Below are positions 56,001-64,000 of a DNA stretch of 64,000 nucleotides, in pieces (positions within the stretch are counted from its first letter, which is position 1; the number at the start of each line of letters is the position of its first letter). Position numbers and translations under genes: made by a program. The notes beneath the pieces are model-generated. The model ran no database searches, was not told the origin of the DNA, and worked only from the letters and a program-made list of their open reading frames with translations. Source of the DNA: Histomonas meleagridis 2922-C6/04-290x (lineage: Eukaryota > Protista > Parabasalia); the NCBI GenBank assembly GCA_020184695.1, contig JAANOX010000205.1, positions 372,001-436,000 of the forward strand. The letters run 5' to 3'.

Positions 56001-56813
56001 AACGAAAGAATGTTAATTGCGGAAAGTAGAGAAAAACTGAAAACAATAACATTGAAATCGACGGTTAATGATAAGATGAGTCAATATAACCCAAATGATG
56101 TGTTACTTTATCATGGATTATTCGAAAAGAAATCATTACAAGTTCCTCCAGAAGGTACGAAAGTCTCCGAATCTTATGAATGGGGTCTGAAAACAAACCA
56201 AATTCAATCAGGAAAAATTAACGTGCAATATTATACAACGTTCGGAAAAAGTTTGAAGTCGTTTATGAAGTCACAGAAAATTGGGATTTTTCTGTTCAGT
56301 AAGATAGCGTTGTTTGGTTTACAGAAAAGTGAAGAGCAATTCAAAATCAAGTTTTCATGCCACTCCTCTGAAATTTTGTGGGACTTCTCAAAAAGTTTGG
56401 GGCCCGATTCCTTCCAAATATGGACACCAATAGGTCAATTTGTATTAAAAATTGAACCTCCGAAAGGGTCTACAGCTGATTTCGAAAAGACTCAATGGAA
56501 GAATAATGTCGCAAAACTTTCAAAAATTGATGAATCAGAAATGACAACTGTAAGTGGTAAGGAAATTTGTTATGTTTCTTGGGCTGGTAAAGATACTCAT
56601 TGCGTCCACTCAAAATTGTTCATGGTACATTGCGCAGATAAAGAAGAAGCAAAGAAGAAAATATTGGAAAAATTGGAACAATTAGGAACACCAATAGAAA
56701 CAATACCAAACCCAATGGGTGGCACAGAACCTTTGGTTAGTTTCTACTTCCAAACACATTGCCCACCACAAGGACAGGATAGCGATATTCTCTCTGATGT
56801 GAACCTTCTTTAG
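53085..56813 (+). CDS. Ankyrin-repeat protein with RhoGEF (DH) domain and probable PH-like domain
   Basis: Many ankyrin motifs (HTPLHIAV, TFLHRAA, QTPLH, TPLHHAI) and the DH signature LADTLIVPVQQFTRYHELIRAIIKATPPDHPD. First ATG is at 53085. Confidence 0.9.
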   Translation: MSQHTFVEANVHAMAEICLNSDLDHLEQYVNNNFGQGFGLDFCLDDQKQTLLHILAGNLQFEYWDTILKCFVYVNSPDANQHTPLHIAVSKRNIKAIRALVAAGASMSNEDEHGVNPFQLACKSDFKDGLEVFLSTPTGMRYLKSNFTTNACLCIDNNSIECFKTIIRSVPEAKLNELNEDGNALIHYAAQSKSKKFLRALLDLKVDINLPNKSGSTPIECATKEKSAVLLYIKGANIPKVQNNKKLPPIIENITKESNWQSTGECFTPCELHKLAMEGNAQGILSLNSKKVDIIDCFSYSPLMYAVEYFKDPTAISTLLKQGADPNFPSTKSKSNLTNAYHLAALKGNAVAILEFKKKFAPNFSYLDKKGRNLILCSILSKDITTVNEIVSVAPNIDGPFDQIIKALLSIENDSTLAEVTKILISKGLPAKSVDEHEKSLIMYGIETGKSKFVEVLLNNGALTELEADDAIITAVKNDYTDIVISLLSSTNPLQLNVNPLIMHQALPLIFYTINNKSTDILKVLFTSNQAIKTQVDTKGNTFLHRAAYLGNLECIKYAIEVMKIDVNITNNQGQTPLHKLMHDLSNNFENNYKYLVEKGANIKQLDNSGNNILHFAAENNNKDALSILLGLENVNEPILNENDINEMIQQQNNDERIPLEVASKHLSDLKSAFAMNKKWQLKIFDGPITDETFQEFAQKNLSPNVKNMKGTPLITYVMDNCENKDSIVGYVQNLLLFGADPSSQDTEELTPLHHAIALKNNELAKILIDEGSSFIIGPIIRVYAEENGTPEMLDLIKQPEKRASAVDEFLQTQINAVDTMAAILKFKNRFNRPNEDLTIRFYMDEVSKMHRLLSLFVDRLRKISHNMKPSAEFGNFFMYFVDAFIPLLNIPTVYHTALSEIQQIPELAQILTESVGFNNYNLADTLIVPVQQFTRYHELIRAIIKATPPDHPDIAQLQRAHLKYNNLGRASNERMLIAESREKLKTITLKSTVNDKMSQYNPNDVLLYHGLFEKKSLQVPPEGTKVSESYEWGLKTNQIQSGKINVQYYTTFGKSLKSFMKSQKIGIFLFSKIALFGLQKSEEQFKIKFSCHSSEILWDFSKSLGPDSFQIWTPIGQFVLKIEPPKGSTADFEKTQWKNNVAKLSKIDESEMTTVSGKEICYVSWAGKDTHCVHSKLFMVHCADKEEAKKKILEKLEQLGTPIETIPNPMGGTEPLVSFYFQTHCPPQGQDSDILSDVNLL

Positions 56814-57649
56814 ATTGATTAAAATGAAAATGATACGAATGAATTTTAATTTGAGATCAAACAAAAAAAATATTGTTGTAATATTATTTTTCAACATGAT
56901 TATACAAAACAAGAGTTATTCCAGGATGTGAGTACCTTATGTGCAATTTAGGTGGGTTCGAACAGAAAATCGACCGTTAAACCCCCACCAAAATAACTAT
57001 AAAAGTGATATTCTTTGGAGTACCCCCAAAATGTCACTTTTCTTTAAGCCCAAAAATTTTCTTGTGGGCTTAAGGACAAGCTGTGTTTACAACTGAGAAC
57101 ACTGAGAAACAAATGAAAAAAATGTTATGTTTTCCCTGAATTCAGTGAGACGTTTTTATTTTCATAAAGTTAACGGTTATAAATTCAAATATTGACTAAG
57201 TTTGTTGAGGCTTCCCCAATTTTCTCAAAGCTTGAAACGAATAGCTCTAATATTTATAACTTAACATGTTTTATGAACAAATAATTCATAAAGCTCTTGT
57301 AAATTTTAAAAATGTTAATATGTTTTTATTCACCTTGTAACTAAATACATTTTTTTATCTTCAAAAAAGTCTTATATATATATAAATATTTTTAAAACAT
57401 TTACTATACGAATTTTACATTTAAATTTATTTTGCTTGTAACACTATAAAATTTGTTTTACATATTTAATCATTAAATAATGTTGTGCTTTCATATTTTT
57501 TAAAGAACGTTTACACAATTATCGTTCATAAGAAAATTTGGGCGTCACCTCACATATTCATTCAAAAATTGAAAAAAAGGTTGATGTCCCATAACGCCGG
57601 TTACTCAAAGCTTTTTGATTGCCGACAACAAATTTGCATTCAATTTTAA

Positions 57650-58354
57650 ATGCAGATTTTACATTTTCACCAAATGAATTTTTTGGGTCTTCTTCTTGTC
57701 GCTTTAGACACGACTATCCTCATGGGAAACTTCGTCTTGAAAAGGGAGAGCTTTTATGGTAGATATCCAATGGTTTTCGCAATTACAAAAATGTTAATTA
57801 TTCCATTTATCTTCCTTCATTTATACTTAAATATGGACTCTGTTCCTTTATTAGTGGGGTTGTTTACTTTGTTTTCAGGTATTGGCGATATTCTTTTATT
57901 AGGAAGACAATTTTTACACAACGTAACTGGTTGCTTCAGCTTTTTCCTCGCACATTCTTCCTTAATCAAGTACTACGACAATGTTTTTGTTAAGCCTTCA
58001 TGGGTTGCGATTGCATTTTGTTTACCACAAATGTTTTTACTATTTGGGTATCTTGGGAAGATAATTCTCAAAAAGCCACAATACTCAGCAGGCTTCCTAT
58101 ATCTAGGAATCTTGTCTTTAGGATTGTTATCTGCCTTTAATAGATATTATGTGTATGGATTATCATTGACCTTCTTCTGTGCATATTTGGGTCAAACAAT
58201 ATTTATCATATCCGACACTGCACTGTTTGCAGGTATATTCCTTGATGTTGAAACAGCTCATAATATTTTAGTTTTACCAACATATATTCTTGCTCTTGTA
58301 CTGATTAGTACAGGTGTTATCCTTGGTGAAAAGCGTTTTGAAGTTATAAATTGA
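57650..58354 (+). CDS. YhhN/TMEM86 family (lysoplasmalogenase-like) membrane protein
   Basis: FSGIGDILLL, GCFSFFLAH, IFIISDTAL and LPTYILA in a highly hydrophobic ORF. Confidence 0.8.
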   Translation: MQILHFHQMNFLGLLLVALDTTILMGNFVLKRESFYGRYPMVFAITKMLIIPFIFLHLYLNMDSVPLLVGLFTLFSGIGDILLLGRQFLHNVTGCFSFFLAHSSLIKYYDNVFVKPSWVAIAFCLPQMFLLFGYLGKIILKKPQYSAGFLYLGILSLGLLSAFNRYYVYGLSLTFFCAYLGQTIFIISDTALFAGIFLDVETAHNILVLPTYILALVLISTGVILGEKRFEVIN

Positions 58355-59034
58355 TTTTTGATTTTTAAACCACCAAATAGTTTTCTATTCTTTTAATAAA
58401 AATTTGAATAATTAAATGAAAACGATCAAAAACGCATTGTAAACTATTCAAACGAAATGTGTGTTGTGAACTAAAAAATTTGGAAATTTGCTCGTAATTA
58501 ATTATTTAAAATTGCATTATTCGGCAGAATTCATCTGTTGTGATTTGGTACTTCACTGCTTTAAAATAATAAATGTTTATTTGGAAATTCATTTATTATC
58601 ATTTATCATTTTATCACTTTGAGCCTCTAGATTTGTAAGAGAGAAACTGCCCAAAATGAATACATTGCTGCTGATATAAATTTATGTTAAAAGAATGTTC
58701 AACGTGAAATATTATGTAAATGGGTATCTTTGTTTATCAATATAATTGTGTTAAAAATCAATTATTTTTGGTTTACAAATAAATTAATAATTTTAATCCA
58801 GCCAATAGTCATGGATTTTATAATAGTCGTATGACGAAAGTTTAATGTATAACTATTGTAAAACTTTAATTTTGAAAAAAATTTCTGGGATAGCATAACT
58901 CCAATATGGATTATGAAGGAGTATATCTTTTTGTCTCTCAAATCATAACGAGTCCAGTTTTTGCCATTTCATCCTTTTGGGACACCCCAATTTCAATTGA
59001 ATTCAAATGATCTCACTTTTTTATTATCTGGGAA

Positions 59035-59979
59035 ATGAAGAACTTTAAGTGCACGATCCCTCCCATCCCTAAAGATGAATTAATGCATAAACAAACAAAC
59101 CTTCAACACTGTACAGTTGATCAACTTAAAAAATTACGCAAGCCACCCAAACTAAATTTTTTGAATATAATATATTTTTTAATCTTTGGCATTCCACGGG
59201 CTATAATTGTTCTGATTTACTCACTTCCAGCAGGTGCTATTTTTCTAATTGCTTGTACAATATGGTCTTCTTTAGGATCACCAGAATCTTTTAGAATCAA
59301 GTTGAAACATCTGTGGTCAGCCCTTGCTAGAGTATTCTTATTCCTACTTGGTATTTACCGCATTAATTTCCATGGCCAACCGGACTCTGATTGTAGATTT
59401 ATTTTATCAAATCATGCATGCTTTTTTGATGGCTGGCTTTTCCTACCTCTTCTTCCACGTCCTCTTGATAAGAAGGAACTCTTAAGTCTTCCATGTTTTA
59501 AAGAAATGTGGCATGTTTTTGATGGGATAACAGTTGATCGCACAAAATCATGTGGAATGACACATGTTTTAATTGAGCGTGCTTCAGACTCAAGTAACCC
59601 AATGATACAAATGTTTCCCGAGGGCGCCACAACAAACGGTGAATACATGCTTCGATTTCATTTGGGTGCATTTCTCTCAGATCTCCCACTCCAACCAGTT
59701 GCGATCCGCTATACTCTTTGGGGGATTCCCAACAACGTTGCAAATATATCGTTTTTCCATAATTATCCAAAACAATGGATTGCGTTCCTTGGTATTCCTG
59801 CAATAACAGTTGACATAACATTTTTGGAAACGCATTCAATGAAACAGCACATGGATATAACGCCCAGACAATTTGCTGATCAATTCTCTCTTTATATTGC
59901 AAATTTCTTAGGTGTTCCAGTATTAGACATGACATCCAGTGCGATTTATAAACAGAACCAGAAGATAAAAGCGGAATGA
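59035..59979 (+). CDS. Lysophospholipid acyltransferase (PlsC/LPCAT-like)
   Basis: SNHACFFD (HxxxxD), FPEGATTNG and F..GAF...LP.QPVAIRY. Confidence 0.9.
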   Translation: MKNFKCTIPPIPKDELMHKQTNLQHCTVDQLKKLRKPPKLNFLNIIYFLIFGIPRAIIVLIYSLPAGAIFLIACTIWSSLGSPESFRIKLKHLWSALARVFLFLLGIYRINFHGQPDSDCRFILSNHACFFDGWLFLPLLPRPLDKKELLSLPCFKEMWHVFDGITVDRTKSCGMTHVLIERASDSSNPMIQMFPEGATTNGEYMLRFHLGAFLSDLPLQPVAIRYTLWGIPNNVANISFFHNYPKQWIAFLGIPAITVDITFLETHSMKQHMDITPRQFADQFSLYIANFLGVPVLDMTSSAIYKQNQKIKAE

Positions 59980-60257
59980 AAAACAAATAATATTTTGTAA
60001 TTTTATGAAACACAGTTTAAATAAAAAATGTTAACAATTTACATATATGTCAAATGTTATTTGTGCAACAAAATTTTGTAGAAAATCATTTTCATCCACT
60101 TCTTTTTCTCATATCGTTATTTGTTCGGTTGCTTACTTTTTGAATATATGTCAATTGTAGCCACATAAACATCAGAAAAATCCCCTCAGTATTGTTTCGG
60201 TTGTCCGCAAAATTGAATTGAACACATCACCATTATAAACACTTCACTTTTATCCGA

Positions 60258-61391
60258 ATGGCTGAAGACGAAGTTCAAACATTAGTTATCGATAATGGTT
60301 CCGGTATGTGCAAGGCTGGTTTCGCTGGTGATGAAGCACCACGCTCAGTTTTCCCATCAATTGTTGGTCGTCCAAAATATGTCCAAACAATCGCAGGTGG
60401 TCAAAACAAGGATACATATGTTGGTGATGAAGCATGTGCTAAGGCAGGTATCCTTATCCTCAAGTACCCAATTGAACACGGTATCGTTACCAACTGGGAC
60501 GATATGGAAAAGATCTGGCACCACACATTCTACAACGAATTACGTGTTGACCCAGCTGAACACCCAGTTCTTCTTACAGAAGCCCCAATGAACCCAAAGG
60601 CCAACCGTGAAAAAGATGATCCAACTTCAATCTCGAAACATTCAACGTTCCAGCATTCTATGTTGGTATCCAGGCCGTGCTTGCCCGTTAGTCCTGAGGT
60701 CGTACAACGGGTATCGTTTTCGATGCAGGTGATGGTGTTTCCCACACAGTTCCAATCTACGAAGGCTACTCCCTTCCACACGCCATCATGCGTATCAACC
60801 TCGCCGGTCGTGATCTCACAGCCTACCTCCAAAAGATCCTTAACGAACGTGGTTACACTTTCACAACATCCGCCGAAAAGGAAATTGTTCGTGATATCAA
60901 GGAGAAGCACGCATATGTTGCTCTTGATTTCGACGAAGAAATGAACAAGGCCGCCACGACATCCGAATGCGACATCTCATACACACTTCCAGATGGCAAC
61001 GTCATCACCATCGCCAACGAGCGCTTCAGGTGCCCAGAACTTCTTTTCAAGCCACACTTCAATGGCTTCGAATTCGAAGGTATTGACCAAACCCTCTTCA
61101 ACTCCATCATGGCATGCGATATCGATGTCCGTAAGGATCTCTACGCTAACATTGTTCTTTCTGGTGGTACCACAATGTTCGAAGGTCTCCCAGAGCGTAT
61201 GGAGAAGGAAATGGTCCGCCTCGCACCACCAACAATGAAGATCAAAGTCGTCGCCCCCACCAGAACGTAAGTACGCAGTTTGGATCGGTGGCTCCATCCT
61301 CGCCTCCCTTGCCACATTCCCACAAATGGTTATCACACGTGACGAATACAACGAAGCTGGTCCAGGAATTGTCCACCGCAAGTGCTTCTAA
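60258..61391 (+). CDS. ACT: Actin, parabasalid type; reading frame broken by three 1-nt insertions and two in-frame stops (consensus error or pseudogene)
   Basis: Complete actin sequence across three frames, from [11 protein letters not shown] to IVHRKCF*. Insertions are near 60610-60614, 60631-60633 and 61254-61258; stops are at 60689 and 60695. Removing 3 nt gives 376 aa. Confidence 0.95.
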
Positions 61392-61531
61392 ACAATTAAC
61401 AAATGTTAATTTTTTTCAAAACTTTATCGATTTGTGCTAAATGTGAGGCAAAATTTGATCGTAAACTTTTAACTGCTTGTTCAAAATATGAATGATTTAT
61501 TTGGCTTTTTGAATTGTTACTGTTATTTCTA

Positions 61532-63079
61532 ATGTTGGCTTTTCTGGTTGTTTTGGCACATGTAAAATCGAGTTCTAGAAATGAGAAACTTAATAAAATA
61601 GTTTCGAAATCAATTCCGATGCCAAATAATTCGACCCACACCACTCTTAATGGAGATGTCGAAAATCCAGGATTATTTGAAATGTTAGTTACCATTACTA
61701 TAACAGGCCTCTACCTGGATATCCTAAGTACATATTCTTTAAGTGAAGGAAATAACTTGTTTTATGCAATCATAGAACATGGAAATCAAAATATTTTGTA
61801 TTACAATTGTACGTATTCATTCGACTTTAATCAAAATTATTATACAAATATACATTACATCAATCCAAATTATAATTACACATTTTTTACCTATTTTCCA
61901 TTTCAAGAAGTGAATAATGCATGTATAGTTCAAGATACAAGCAATATGCAATTTTCATATGAAAATCAGATGATGATATATTTTATGCATGCAGGTACAT
62001 CTGAAACTAGCACTTATTCAAGCATCAATTTATTAATCGAACCTAAAATGTCATTTCTGGAGTTAAATGTACATTTTGGCACGAATTTTCCCTCGGTTAA
62101 AATCGGCTCTGGCTGGACATTCTTTTTAAGTGGGCTAGTTCATAATGGCACATTCAATGTAGTAAGTGGGGTTGCAACTATTGATTCGGAGTCAAAGCCA
62201 CTTAATAATTGGAATATCACAGATGCAGGGAAAGTTTCAATTCGTGATAGGCGCATTACATTCGATTTAATTCTGTTTCCTCAAACATTAAAGGATGAAC
62301 TTAAGTTTACAGCTGTACATGGTGGTTATGTTCATAACGAAGTAATAAATATATCGGTATTGGAATCAGGAAATGTATATTCTCATAATGTAATTTTCCC
62401 TGAAACCTTTACATTCACCCAAAGTAATACATTAACTAATTCAAATACATTCACCCAAAGTAATACATTAACTAATTCAAATACATTCACACAAAGTAAC
62501 ACATTTACTGCGTCGAATACATTTAATAAATCAAAAACATTCGCAATGTTATTTACAAATGATACACAAACTTTGAATACGCAATCACAACATTCTTCAT
62601 TAATTAGTTATGTTTTAATAAGCTTTTTATCTATTACCCAAACAATGAGTATAATCAATTCTTTATCATATGCATTTACAGTTTCAGTATATAAATCTTC
62701 TTTTATTTCATCGATAATAGAATATGTTTATTATCAATATACAATTATCCATTACACATCTGAATATATTTTATATTCTCAATTTTATGTATTGAGGAAT
62801 TTGAATTTAAATCAAGATAACATTAACAATAATAGCATTAACATTATAATTATTGTTGTTTGCGCAATAGTAGGTGTAGCATTAATAAGTTTACTTGTTG
62901 TTTTACTTATTCGTTATCGAAACCATAAGCAAAATAAAGATTATAATGAAACAGAAAGTATTCAAGAAGATAAAAATGAAGTAGTTAATGATTTAGAGGC
63001 TGTTGTGCAAGTTTCACATATTGCAGAGGATCCATTTGCAAATGATTTTAATGAAGATAATATAATCGCACATATATAA
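61532..63079 (+). CDS. Type I membrane surface protein with Ser/Thr/Asn stalk
   Basis: Hydrophobic N-terminus, TFTQSNT repeats, TM IIIIVVCAIVGVALISLLVVLLI and an acidic tail ending ...DPFANDFNED. Confidence 0.8.
   Translation: MLAFLVVLAHVKSSSRNEKLNKIVSKSIPMPNNSTHTTLNGDVENPGLFEMLVTITITGLYLDILSTYSLSEGNNLFYAIIEHGNQNILYYNCTYSFDFNQNYYTNIHYINPNYNYTFFTYFPFQEVNNACIVQDTSNMQFSYENQMMIYFMHAGTSETSTYSSINLLIEPKMSFLELNVHFGTNFPSVKIGSGWTFFLSGLVHNGTFNVVSGVATIDSESKPLNNWNITDAGKVSIRDRRITFDLILFPQTLKDELKFTAVHGGYVHNEVINISVLESGNVYSHNVIFPETFTFTQSNTLTNSNTFTQSNTLTNSNTFTQSNTFTASNTFNKSKTFAMLFTNDTQTLNTQSQHSSLISYVLISFLSITQTMSIINSLSYAFTVSVYKSSFISSIIEYVYYQYTIIHYTSEYILYSQFYVLRNLNLNQDNINNNSINIIIIVVCAIVGVALISLLVVLLIRYRNHKQNKDYNETESIQEDKNEVVNDLEAVVQVSHIAEDPFANDFNEDNIIAHI
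62411..62525 (+). repeat. 36-nt coding tandem repeat (TFTQSNTLTNSN)
   Basis: ACATTCACCCAAAGTAATAC at 62411 and 62447, with a further degenerate copy. Confidence 0.9.
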
Positions 63080-64000
63080 TATTTATAGATTTTGGATATC
63101 CATTCGCATATGTTAATATACAGAATAAATCATTTTTTTATGTTTTATAATTTAATAAAATTACAATTATTGTTATTTTGTTGATTTTCATTGGGGATTT
63201 TTGATATGAATATTTGAAAATATAACCAAAAAGTAATCTTTTTTATTTTTTTTATAAATTTGGATTATTTTTGTCTAGAAAAAAAGCTATATGAATATTA
63301 AATCATTATGAGAAGTGAGTTTCGATCAGTGTATCACTTTTGTTATCTCAATGGCACACATGTTTTAAATGATCAAAATATATAGATGTTCTATTTGAAA
63401 CAAAATCTGACCCAATTAAATTTTCTTTCATCATACGGAAAAGGATGTAATCCGCTTCACTTTCACCAACTCGAAGAAGAAATTGTCCAAACATTTTAAA
63501 TATCTGTAGATTTTTATTAAGTATTTGTATTTCTTTAGTTTCAACTGATTTTAAATAGAAAAAATATAAATCAATTTCCTTCCTTTGTGAAAGTAATGAT
63601 GAATAAATTGATTCAAAAATAACAATATTAAAAGATTCCTGAAAATTTACATTAAAAAAATTTGGTTATTTCCCATATTTACCTCCAATTTTTACCAAAA
63701 TTTTTGAGAAAATGTTAAACATAGTAATTTAAATTATTTCACACACAAAATTTTTATTTGAATTTGGTATATAAGAATCAAATAATGTGTTTTATTAATT
63801 AGTCAACACTTAATGTTGAAGTTCCATTAACTTTTACTCAGTTATTCGAATACCCAAATCGTTAGTAGAGCTTTTCCTTCAGCTCATTTTAATGAAAATT
63901 TTAAATTTCAAATCAAATTAACGGTCGCTTGATGAGCATCAATATTTTGATGTTGAAATTAAATAAATTATTTGACTTAATCATTGCGTGACAACTCAAC

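Noticed and set aside
59498-60013. 171-aa antisense ORF, and other short ORF-track entries overlapping real genes or lying in AT deserts
   Set aside because: These are shadow ORFs on the opposite strand or frame of well-supported genes, or low-complexity F/I/L/K-rich frames with non-ATG starts.
61266-61272. GTAAGT donor-like site in actin
   Set aside because: It is coding sequence (CGT AAG TAC = R-K-Y). No ACTAAC-ACACAG acceptor was seen anywhere in the window.
1-64000. rRNA or tRNA genes
   Set aside because: No cloverleaf or rRNA-like conserved sequence was recognised by eye. tRNAscan-SE and Infernal were not run.

Overview
This is an AT-rich, essentially intron-free eukaryotic genomic window. 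It is most consistent with a parabasalid (Trichomonas/Tritrichomonas-like): the actin sequence is parabasalid-type, and it carries BspA, GP63 and ankyrin gene families, an R2R3 Myb and IS481EU-type transposons. The organism assignment is inferred from sequence only. Recognisable genes are CCT4, actin, symplekin, IQUB, a FANCJ/RTEL1-like helicase, a VPS9 GEF, an AP-3 delta-like adaptin, an ankyrin-RhoGEF, a PhnP-like metallo-hydrolase, a YhhN/TMEM86 protein, a lysophospholipid acyltransferase, GP63 and several hypothetical or surface proteins. About 26-39.9 kb is gene-poor and holds decayed elements. Single-base homopolymer indels (actin, BspA, Merlin) suggest uncorrected consensus errors, so pseudogene calls are provisional. 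The most notable observations are: (1) a small, probably secreted protein at 30571-30968 whose C-terminal ~70 aa match the lactococcin 972 bacteriocin pattern, head-to-head with a BspA gene, which could be a horizontally acquired antibacterial effector in a protist; (2) ankyrin repeats interrupted at the same codon by an invariant-length 80-nt, frame-breaking spacer without usable GT-AG ends, seen six times at two loci; (3) a complete 1606-bp IS481EU-type transposon with 61-bp TIRs, a perfect 15-bp TSD and two internal hairpins built from a TIR motif. Family assignments are by motif recognition; no database searches were run.
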